This document shows, piece by piece, positions 9,271 through 16,973 of a stretch of 51,289 nt of DNA. The stretch is from a virus (lineage: Duplodnaviria > Caudoviricetes). The notes below the pieces were generated by a model, which searched no databases, was not told the origin of the DNA, and saw only the letters and a list, made by a program, of their open reading frames with translations. Positions within the stretch are counted from its first letter, which is position 1, and every line of letters begins with the position of its first letter. Where the stretch lies: the IMG/VR virus record IMGVR_UViG_3300018062_000001, positions 1 through 51,289 of that record; one strand, written 5' to 3'. The translations under genes were made by a program, and so were the position numbers.

Positions 9271-9550
9271 TGTTTTTAAAGATACTTGTGATGAAATGTT
9301 AAATCTTACAACTCGTAAAAATAATGATTATGGTGGTGTAACTGATCCATTTAAAAACTTTAGAGACTTTGGAGTTAAAGGTGTTTTAGTACGAATGTCA
9401 GATAAATTTGCTAGAATAAAAACAGCACTATGGGAAGAAAGAGAATTAAAAGTTGCAGATGAAGTTATTGAGGATACAATATTTGATCTTGCTGTTTATT
9501 CTGTGATTCTTAGAATTATATTAGAAGCTCAGAAAAATGGAACTTATTAA
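9227..9550 (+). CDS. DUF1599 / nucleotide-modification-associated domain protein
   Basis: RKNNDYG..DPFKNF, VRMSDKFARI, DTIFDLAVYS. Confidence 0.8.
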   Translation: MAEQKEKMNRQQYLDVFKDTCDEMLNLTTRKNNDYGGVTDPFKNFRDFGVKGVLVRMSDKFARIKTALWEERELKVADEVIEDTIFDLAVYSVILRIILEAQKNGTY

Positions 9551-9728
9551 ACATCCAGATTTAGATCAAGTATTTCATGCCTGTCATTTAATACAATATT
9601 GTAATGATGCATTAAAAATATTTGAGTCTAAAATACATAAAGAGTCAAATGATAAATTATTTATTATGGTCGGTGTACTAGATTGGGTAACTGAATTACA
9701 CAGATTAATATATGTCTCTAATAAATAA
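9537..9728 (+). CDS. Hypothetical protein
   Basis: Overlap-coupled ORF. Confidence 0.55.
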   Translation: MELIKHPDLDQVFHACHLIQYCNDALKIFESKIHKESNDKLFIMVGVLDWVTELHRLIYVSNK

Positions 9729-10830
9729 CCAAGGATCCGAATCTAATCCTCTCTGGATTATTACAGGAACTCCTTATGAAAATGATGCCCCACAGAGCAC
9801 TATATTCTCTGGTGGTTTTGGATGGAATTGGAAAAAAATCTGGAGACTTTCAAATCTTCCCGAAGCTCATATTAGGTCTATATATCCTTGTCTTGGTTCT
9901 ACTTATGATCCTGCCACTATTCTTTATAAAACTCACGAGTTAATTAATCAACACAAACCAACATTTATTATATTATTAACAGATGAGTTACTTAACTATT
10001 TTGTACCAGAAACAACTCAAATAAAAGAGAAGAATTCTAGTATAAGAAAATGGGCAGGCTCTATCCTAAAGTGTGAAACACTACAATACGATCATTATAT
10101 TTTTTGTTGTCAACCACCAGACTATTTAACAAGAAATTGGGACGAACATGAAATAGCTGGATATATTGATCTAGGTCATGTAAAAGAAGAGTATGATTTT
10201 TACATCAAAAATAAATTTTTACAACCACCTCCAAGGCGCAGCCTTATAACTGCGCCTTCTTTTGGAGATTTAATTAATTTATTACAAGAGACACTTAATA
10301 AATTTTACAAAAAAGAACTTATATACATAAGTAATGATATTGAGACAATAAGACCAAAAGAAAAATCTTTTTATAGAAGAGAGATGAAACATCCCGGCTT
10401 GATTTATTGTACAGCAATAGCTTGGTCAAAAGATTTTTCTTTTAGTTTTAGTCTTTGGGATTATGAACCATTTCAATGCGTAAAAATCTGGCGTTTATTA
10501 GCAGAAATATTAGCAAATATTCCTCAAATTGGGCAAAATTATTTTGAATTCGATTCTCATTATTTAGAAAGAATGGGATTCAGAATTTGTCTTTCAAAAT
10601 GTCTTGATACACGTATAAGACACCATATTTTATGGCCCGGATTACCACATTCACTTCAATTTCAAACAAAACAGTATACAAGAGAGAAGTTTTATAAAGA
10701 TGAGGGGAAAAATTTTAGACTTGCCTTTAAAAAACAGTATATGGAATACAATGCAAAGGATAGTGCTGTTACTTTTGAGATAAAAGAGAAACAAGATGAA
10801 GAATTTTCAGAAAGAAAATGGCTCCAATAA
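9712..10830 (+). CDS. DNA polymerase A N-terminal part: degenerate UDG-like domain plus 3'-5' exonuclease
   Basis: Exo I DIET, Exo II GQNYFEFD, DTRIRHH, Exo III YNAKD; N-terminus follows the family-4 UDG pattern. Confidence 0.85.
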   Translation: MSLINNQGSESNPLWIITGTPYENDAPQSTIFSGGFGWNWKKIWRLSNLPEAHIRSIYPCLGSTYDPATILYKTHELINQHKPTFIILLTDELLNYFVPETTQIKEKNSSIRKWAGSILKCETLQYDHYIFCCQPPDYLTRNWDEHEIAGYIDLGHVKEEYDFYIKNKFLQPPPRRSLITAPSFGDLINLLQETLNKFYKKELIYISNDIETIRPKEKSFYRREMKHPGLIYCTAIAWSKDFSFSFSLWDYEPFQCVKIWRLLAEILANIPQIGQNYFEFDSHYLERMGFRICLSKCLDTRIRHHILWPGLPHSLQFQTKQYTREKFYKDEGKNFRLAFKKQYMEYNAKDSAVTFEIKEKQDEEFSERKWLQ

Positions 10831-11005
10831 TCATCATAGTAATAAAGTATTTATGGGACCAAATGGATTAATACATCCACCAAAACAAGAATTTAAACTA
10901 GGAAAGGGAATAAAAGTATTTTGTCATGCTTGTAATAAAGGATTTAAAAGTTTAGATGAGGGACAAATACATAATAAATCTAAGGAACATCTAAGGAACA
11001 TCTAA
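10796..11005 (+). CDS. Small C2H2 zinc-finger protein
   Basis: CHAC-NKGFKS...H.....H. Confidence 0.5.
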   Translation: MKNFQKENGSNNHHSNKVFMGPNGLIHPPKQEFKLGKGIKVFCHACNKGFKSLDEGQIHNKSKEHLRNI

Positions 11006-11022
11006 GGAACATCTAAGGAACA
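10978..11022. repeat. Tandem repeat (ATCTAAGGAAC)x4
   Basis: Four perfect 11-bp units. Confidence 0.95.
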
Positions 11023-11056
11023 AAATAATATATTTAGAGAAAGGTATAAGTTTAAT

Positions 11057-11347
11057 ATGATAAAGGACATGAACGGTAATATTTTAGAAGTTGGTGATAA
11101 AATAATGGTAATGATACAAGGAGTTCAAAAGGCTACTATTACCAAAATAAATGAAGGTGGAATAGCAGTAAAAATTCCAGGTACAAATCAAGTTGTTCAA
11201 ACAGCTCCTGCTGTAACATTTGTACTTGATGAATTACAAAGTCCTATTCAACCAAATACGCCAATGATGGCATGGAAGGCTTATTTACCACCAGAGGAAA
11301 GAAATAAACCAGACAATAATGAGGGAAGTAAGAAAGATGTACAATAA
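11057..11347 (+). CDS. Hypothetical SH3/KOW-like protein
   Basis: KDMNGNILEVGDKIMV pattern. Confidence 0.65.
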   Translation: MIKDMNGNILEVGDKIMVMIQGVQKATITKINEGGIAVKIPGTNQVVQTAPAVTFVLDELQSPIQPNTPMMAWKAYLPPEERNKPDNNEGSKKDVQ

Positions 11348-11350
11348 ATC

Positions 11351-11536
11351 ATGAATAAAAATATGCAATTTTATTGTCTTAACTGTGAAGAAATGGTAGA
11401 TGTTACTCTTACTTTTAACGATAAGAATGAATTAGAAAATGTAACAGCTTGCCCAAAATGTAAATCACATAATTTCAGAGCTAGATTTTCTACAGATAGA
11501 AAAAATTGGTTTGGAGTTATTGGATCAAATGGATAA
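11351..11536 (+). CDS. Zinc-ribbon protein
   Basis: CLNC...CPKC. Confidence 0.65.
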   Translation: MNKNMQFYCLNCEEMVDVTLTFNDKNELENVTACPKCKSHNFRARFSTDRKNWFGVIGSNG

Positions 11537-11542
11537 TAACAA

Positions 11543-11748
11543 ACACCCTCGAAACTCAACCCGGTTTTGTTACGGAACGAGAAAACCACTTCAAGAGAGG
11601 GCAATATGCGCTATGCGATTATTTTAAAATCTATGCAACGCAGTTTCTACCCGGTTCTGCGACATAGGGAACGAGATAATCAACAAGAGCTAATTGATTT
11701 TGGTCTTTCTCGTTCCATAAAAAAATCGGGGATTTGTTTCGAGGGTGT
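11543..11748 (+). ncRNA. Candidate ~205-nt structured RNA/DNA hairpin element
   Basis: Nested inverted repeats 11543-55/11736-48, 11560-68/11722-30, 11574-84/11706-16; strand uncertain. Confidence 0.55.
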
Positions 11749-12215
11749 ATGGATATAAATATATGAATTTTATTAATGGAACTATTGGAATAGTTGGAAA
11801 TGAAGAAGCTAAATTTACTTCCTTAGGTCGTACTAGAGCTTTTGATAAGTTAGTACAATTAATTGATCGTCCAGAAATAATTAAAGTTGTTAGTGGTGGT
11901 TGTCATCTTGGTGGTATAGATAAATGGGCAATTCAAGTTGCCAGTGAATTAGGAAAGGAAATAGAAGAATTTTTACCAGAAAAATTACAGTGGGAAGGTG
12001 GATATAAACAACGTAATATTCAAATAGCAGAAGCTAGTGAAGAAGTACATTGTTTATCTGTAAACAAACTTCCAGAAAATTATTCTGGCATGAAATTTGA
12101 ATATTGTTATCATTGTCATAGAAACGATCATATTAAATCTGGTGGTTGTTGGACAATATTATATGCAAAAAGAATTGAACGAAAAGGATTTTTGTGGATT
12201 ATAGAGAATTTTTAA
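11745..12215 (+). CDS. SLOG/YspA-like (DUF2493-type) protein; likely start 11763
   Basis: IGIVG, VVSGG..GGIDKWA, GYKQRNIQIA. Confidence 0.7.
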   Translation: MYGYKYMNFINGTIGIVGNEEAKFTSLGRTRAFDKLVQLIDRPEIIKVVSGGCHLGGIDKWAIQVASELGKEIEEFLPEKLQWEGGYKQRNIQIAEASEEVHCLSVNKLPENYSGMKFEYCYHCHRNDHIKSGGCWTILYAKRIERKGFLWIIENF

Positions 12216-13781
12216 ATGCGACAATACATTACCAGTTCTTATGAGCATGAACTAGCATATTATTTTCATCAAATAGATAATAGAGGTCTTTTATTAGACC
12301 ATAAAAAATTAGTAGAATTAAAAATAGCTTGCCAAAAAGAATTAAAAGATAATTGTGCTTATTTAAGTTCTCTTTGGTGTATTCCAGTTTATATAGGAAA
12401 AGAAAATGATCCTGATATTCCTGGTTCTTTAAATTTAAATAGTAAATCTAAACAATTATTACCAAGACTAAAAGATTTAGGTTATCAGGTTCCAAAAGTA
12501 CGACAGAGAGATCAAGAGTCTGGAGAGTATGAATTTAAAGATTCCGTAAATAAATTAGCTCTCCAAAAATTATTATCTGACCCATCTCTTTGGCCCATTA
12601 GTATTAATAATGCCGCAGGTGATGGAATAAAAAAACTTCTTGAAACTATAGAAGTTATTACATTTAGAAATAGATATATTAATGCCCGACTTTATAACAA
12701 CACATATTTCTCTAACTATGGCACAGCCTCAACAGTCACAGGTAGAAGAGGCTCTAAAAAGAATATATTTGGATTTGGCGGTAACGCACAGAATTTTCCA
12801 GCTAGAGGACGCTTATCCTCTTTATGGAAATCGTGTATCATTAGCAGACCAAGAAAAATATTCTTCTTTATTGACCAAATGCAGGCAGAAGATTGGCCTG
12901 TGCAGGCACTTTCAGCAAATTATAATGCCTTGGATGATATGCGAAGAGGAATTAATAGGCATTACAAATTCGCTTCTCTTATATTTGGCATTCCAGTTGA
13001 TGACCTTAAAAGAATTAGAGGAGATCATAATCATCCACAATATCTTGAAACAGAAATGCAATATAATCTTGGGAAACGCGGACGCCATGCGAATAATTAT
13101 GGAATGCAACCAACAAGATTATCCGAAATATTGGCAGCGGAAGGATATAGTATTCCCGCTACATCTGCAAATAAAAAGTTTAAATACATAAGTGGAATGT
13201 TGTCTCAACAACCTGAAGTGCTAACAACTAAATGGATTTTAGAAACTATTAATACTCTTGACCCCAATGTTAAAGCAATATTCCATAAATATATACAAGA
13301 TGAATTATCCAAATCCTCACATATGTTACGAACACCATTGGGACGGGAACGACAATTTTTTGGACTTCGCTCAGGTGAAAAGAATTATAATATATTTAAT
13401 GAAGCATTTGGATATATTCCACAAAGTACAGTTGGTGACAATACAGGTATTGCGATACGAGAATTGGAGTCTAGTTGTAGTTACAATGAATCTTCCACGG
13501 GAATTGTACAAGATGGACATGACTCGTTATGTCAGGAGCTATGTGATACTGAGAAAGAATTATTGCATGTTTTTAGAGAAACTAAAAAAGCATTTGACAG
13601 AGATATTGAATTTCACAATGGAATTATAATAAATATTCCAATAGAAGCAAAAATTGGATATGATTGGTGGAATACTGTAGAAATAGGTGGCGGTGTTAAT
13701 TATACAGAAGAAAATTTATTAAAGGCATATAAGGAGCTAAAAGAAAAATATGAGTGTCCTGTCAGCACAATCAATTCGTAG
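12216..13781 (+). CDS. polA: DNA polymerase A, polymerase domain
   Basis: TVTGR, NAQNFP, motif A IDQMQAE, motif B K...HANNYGM, TPLGRER, PQSTVGD, motif C GHDS. Confidence 0.92.
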   Translation: MRQYITSSYEHELAYYFHQIDNRGLLLDHKKLVELKIACQKELKDNCAYLSSLWCIPVYIGKENDPDIPGSLNLNSKSKQLLPRLKDLGYQVPKVRQRDQESGEYEFKDSVNKLALQKLLSDPSLWPISINNAAGDGIKKLLETIEVITFRNRYINARLYNNTYFSNYGTASTVTGRRGSKKNIFGFGGNAQNFPARGRLSSLWKSCIISRPRKIFFFIDQMQAEDWPVQALSANYNALDDMRRGINRHYKFASLIFGIPVDDLKRIRGDHNHPQYLETEMQYNLGKRGRHANNYGMQPTRLSEILAAEGYSIPATSANKKFKYISGMLSQQPEVLTTKWILETINTLDPNVKAIFHKYIQDELSKSSHMLRTPLGRERQFFGLRSGEKNYNIFNEAFGYIPQSTVGDNTGIAIRELESSCSYNESSTGIVQDGHDSLCQELCDTEKELLHVFRETKKAFDRDIEFHNGIIINIPIEAKIGYDWWNTVEIGGGVNYTEENLLKAYKELKEKYECPVSTINS

Positions 13782-14361
13782 ATTATGTAATCCACATTAT
13801 GCTTATGGTGGACCACTAACAGAAGAATGGAAAAGTAGGTTAGTATTTAAACCAATGCTTGATCCATTTTGTGAAGAAGAAAGAATAGAAATTGAAACTT
13901 TTAATGAAGAATTAAAATACGATAAAGAAAGAAAACAATATTTAAGTAATGGAGTTTTAAAAGTATCTCATGGTCTTGGTTCTGCTAGTTATTCTGTGAG
14001 ACTTGCACAAGATTTATGGTTGGGGTTACATTATATACCAAATAAATTACCACCAGAACATAAATATTTTGGACTTTTTTCTACTATGGAAAAATTTCAA
14101 ATGCCTAATAATATTTGTGCAACAGTCCATGATAAATCTACATGGGCTAGAAGAGGTCTTGCAGTACAAACTACCTTTATTGATCCGGGTTGGATAGGTT
14201 TTCTAACACTTGAAATTTCATATCATGGAGAGAATTATATACAAATTCCGAAGGGAACTGGAATAGCACAAATAGTATTTCACGAATTAGATGAAACTAC
14301 TGAGAATCCATATAAAGGGAAATATCAACACCAAGGAGAGAAGCCACAAAAAGCATTATGA
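13750..14361 (+). CDS. dcd: dCTP deaminase
   Basis: KSTWARRGL, IDPGWIGFLTLE, IAQIVF, YKGKYQHQ. Confidence 0.9.
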   Translation: MSVLSAQSIRRLCNPHYAYGGPLTEEWKSRLVFKPMLDPFCEEERIEIETFNEELKYDKERKQYLSNGVLKVSHGLGSASYSVRLAQDLWLGLHYIPNKLPPEHKYFGLFSTMEKFQMPNNICATVHDKSTWARRGLAVQTTFIDPGWIGFLTLEISYHGENYIQIPKGTGIAQIVFHELDETTENPYKGKYQHQGEKPQKAL

Positions 14362-14510
14362 GTTTTTATAATCAAGATGAAGATGAAACTCAAATAAAAA
14401 ATTCAGTTCTTTATAATAGAGAAGAAAAAGAATATTTAAGAGAAATATTAATAGAATTGAAAATTATGAATCATAGAATAGATATGATATTATCACATTT
14501 ACCAGAATAA
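14358..14510 (+). CDS. Small hypothetical protein (50 aa)
   Basis: ATGA coupling to dcd; fills the gap. Confidence 0.5.
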   Translation: MSFYNQDEDETQIKNSVLYNREEKEYLREILIELKIMNHRIDMILSHLPE

Positions 14511-14521
14511 AAAGGAAAGAA

Positions 14522-15748
14522 ATGCCACGACTTCTGAAAAAGTCTTGGTTAGATTCCTTTCTCGAATATACAGATGAAAGTACAGCCCCTCTAGAATGGT
14601 TACGTTGGGCAGGTATTAGTGCTATCTCCACTTCTTTAAAAAGGAATTCATATATATGGTGGCATAGAATTCAACTATATCCAAACCAATATATAATTCT
14701 TATCGGTCCACCCGGTATTGGAAAAGGAGATGCAGTAGGATTTGCCATTGACATTACTAGAGCAGCGGGAACTGTTAACTATCTGTCCGATTGGAATACG
14801 CCACAAGAGATGATAGACGAACTTGCAACAGGATATAATAAACCAGTTCTAAGTGTCAGCTCTACTGGCGTAACTACAGGATTAATTTCAGTAGATCGCT
14901 CCGCATGTATATTAGGAAAAGAATTAGCGGTAGTATTACAGTCTTATGATAATTTACATACAATATTATGTAGATGGTGGGATGATGGAGAATTTGATTA
15001 TAAAACTAAGAACAAAGGCAAATTTCTAATACGAGAATTATGTGTTTCAATGCTTGCTGGTTGTGTCCCAAGATATATAAAGCATCTTTTGAAAGATACT
15101 CAAGCAGTAGTAACATCTGGCTTTACTGCTCGTTGTATATTTATTCTTGAAAAAGAAAAACGAAAACAAATAGAATTTGATTTTGGTAAAGTATCTAATA
15201 CTAATCAACAATTAAGAGATGATTTAGTACATGATCTTAAAGAGATAGGAAATATAAATGGCGAATTTTGTTTTGACATCGGTGCCGAAGGATTTTGGAG
15301 ACAAAAATTCCAAGAAAGACAAAAGAGATATTCTGGAAGGGGAAATAATAGTAGTGATGTTAGTCAGGACTTTGAGTCCAGAGTCGAAGCCCACATCATT
15401 AAAACTGCCATTGCAATTTGCGCTTCAGACGCTGATACGAGAACAATCACAAGAGATCACCTTGAAAGAGCTACAGAATATGTTGAAAGAGTCGAAAATA
15501 AAATTGATACTATCTTCAGGGGTGTTGGTGAAAGTCCTTTGGCCCCAGGAGAAGGATACGTCTTAGATTTTATAGAAAGTTCTAAATATACAACACTTAA
15601 TGATGTTATAAGAGCATGTAAAAGACATGTGACTGTTTCACAAATAAATGATATAATAGCACAATTACAATATAGTGGTGATGTAATTTATGATTTAAAT
15701 GGGACTGGAAAACAAGTTATTAAATATATAGGAAAATCTCATCCATGA
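14522..15748 (+). CDS. DUF3987-type P-loop ATPase, probable replicative helicase
   Basis: YPNQYIILIGPPGIGKG, SGFTARCIF, C-terminal winged-helix-like region. Confidence 0.75.
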   Translation: MPRLLKKSWLDSFLEYTDESTAPLEWLRWAGISAISTSLKRNSYIWWHRIQLYPNQYIILIGPPGIGKGDAVGFAIDITRAAGTVNYLSDWNTPQEMIDELATGYNKPVLSVSSTGVTTGLISVDRSACILGKELAVVLQSYDNLHTILCRWWDDGEFDYKTKNKGKFLIRELCVSMLAGCVPRYIKHLLKDTQAVVTSGFTARCIFILEKEKRKQIEFDFGKVSNTNQQLRDDLVHDLKEIGNINGEFCFDIGAEGFWRQKFQERQKRYSGRGNNSSDVSQDFESRVEAHIIKTAIAICASDADTRTITRDHLERATEYVERVENKIDTIFRGVGESPLAPGEGYVLDFIESSKYTTLNDVIRACKRHVTVSQINDIIAQLQYSGDVIYDLNGTGKQVIKYIGKSHP

Positions 15749-16122
15749 GTGTAGCATTAGGAAAGTATAAGAATTATTCTATTGAAGAAATTTGTTATCC
15801 GCATTCTGTTAACTTAATTAAAGAAAAATTATTAACTAGACGTAATATATTAAATAATAATTATTTAACACCTTGTTGGATATACACTGGATGTTTAACT
15901 AAAAAAGGTTATGGAGTAATAACAATAGTAAGAAGAAATTTACCAGTGCATGTATTATCATTTATGATATTTAAATCAAATGAATATAATTATAAATTAT
16001 GGGTACTTCATAAATGTGATATAAGATCATGTTTTAATCCAGAACATTTATATCAGGGGACGAATAGTAATAATATGAAAGATATGTGGAAACGTGGTAG
16101 AAGAAAAATAAAAGGAGATTAA
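15745..16122 (+). CDS. HNH homing endonuclease
   Basis: CWIYTG..GYG, VLHKCD..CFNPEHL..GT..NN.D. Confidence 0.9.
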   Translation: MSVALGKYKNYSIEEICYPHSVNLIKEKLLTRRNILNNNYLTPCWIYTGCLTKKGYGVITIVRRNLPVHVLSFMIFKSNEYNYKLWVLHKCDIRSCFNPEHLYQGTNSNNMKDMWKRGRRKIKGD

Positions 16123-16128
16123 TATTAA

Positions 16129-16686
16129 ATGGAGAATAATGAGAGAGAGTGGGGAATAATAGCCGAAAAACATGCAATACGTCCAATACATGATCGTGTT
16201 CTTATTCTTATTGATCCAATAAAAACACATTATGATTGTAAGGATTGCCTTGGAAAAGGGCACACAGATGAAATTTGTCCTAATTGTAATGGTACAAAAT
16301 TAGAACCAAGACACTCAAAAGATTCAGAACCGGAGGCTTGTAGAGACTGTACATTTTCTGGTGAAGTAACTAGAACATATGGATATAGAATATGTCCAGT
16401 ATGTAAAGGACGTAAAGGGATTATTGCTATTCCCGAGAATGCTCTAAAAAGACCTCTTACTGGTAAAATAATTTCTATAGGACAAAAGGTGGAATATTTT
16501 AAAGTCGGAAATCATGTTATATTCACTACATTTACTGGAACTGAATTTGAAATAGAAGGAATACCATTAAGAATTGCTGTTGAAAAAGATATTATTGGAG
16601 AATATAAAGCTCTTACTAAAGATGCTACACAAGATAAAATACAAGAAGAAAAATACGAAGAATTAAGTGATTTGGGAGTTGAATAA
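16129..16686 (+). CDS. groES: GroES-like co-chaperonin with inserted DnaJ-type Cys-rich zinc finger
   Basis: IRPIHDRVLI ... GIIAIPE ... GKIISIG ... KVGNHVIF ... EKDIIG; four CxxC(xGxG) units in between. Confidence 0.85.
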   Translation: MENNEREWGIIAEKHAIRPIHDRVLILIDPIKTHYDCKDCLGKGHTDEICPNCNGTKLEPRHSKDSEPEACRDCTFSGEVTRTYGYRICPVCKGRKGIIAIPENALKRPLTGKIISIGQKVEYFKVGNHVIFTTFTGTEFEIEGIPLRIAVEKDIIGEYKALTKDATQDKIQEEKYEELSDLGVE

Positions 16687-16964
16687 TGGATATAACAGTT
16701 AATAAAACAACATTTAGATTCCATTGGGGATTTCCATTATTTTTACTATTTATTATTTTCAGTTTTTATTTGTGGCACTCTCATAGTAATTTATATTGGA
16801 ATAATCAATGGAAAAAACACCGATGGGCTTCTGATTATTGTAAAGATAGAGGATATGATATAAGAAATTGTACAATACAATTTAAATTGCCGGATCAACT
16901 ATCAAGAGAAACAGCTTATTTTGATTACTGTTTTGAACATGGAGAGTTACGCAGAATAAAATAA
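16686..16964 (+). CDS. Membrane-anchored hypothetical protein
   Basis: One TM segment; last + strand gene before the convergent late operon. Confidence 0.6.
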   Translation: MDITVNKTTFRFHWGFPLFLLFIIFSFYLWHSHSNLYWNNQWKKHRWASDYCKDRGYDIRNCTIQFKLPDQLSRETAYFDYCFEHGELRRIK

Positions 16965-16973
16965 TAAAATAAA

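Noticed and set aside
10978-11022. CRISPR array
   Set aside because: Head-to-tail 11-mers without spacers; no repeat-spacer array seen anywhere in the window
11567-11758. 63-aa ORF
   Set aside because: TTG start without RBS; lies within the inverted-repeat element, which better explains the sequence
10830-12216. Group I intron or split intein joining the polymerase halves
   Set aside because: No group I core motifs and no intein C/HN termini seen; the interval holds ordinary small genes
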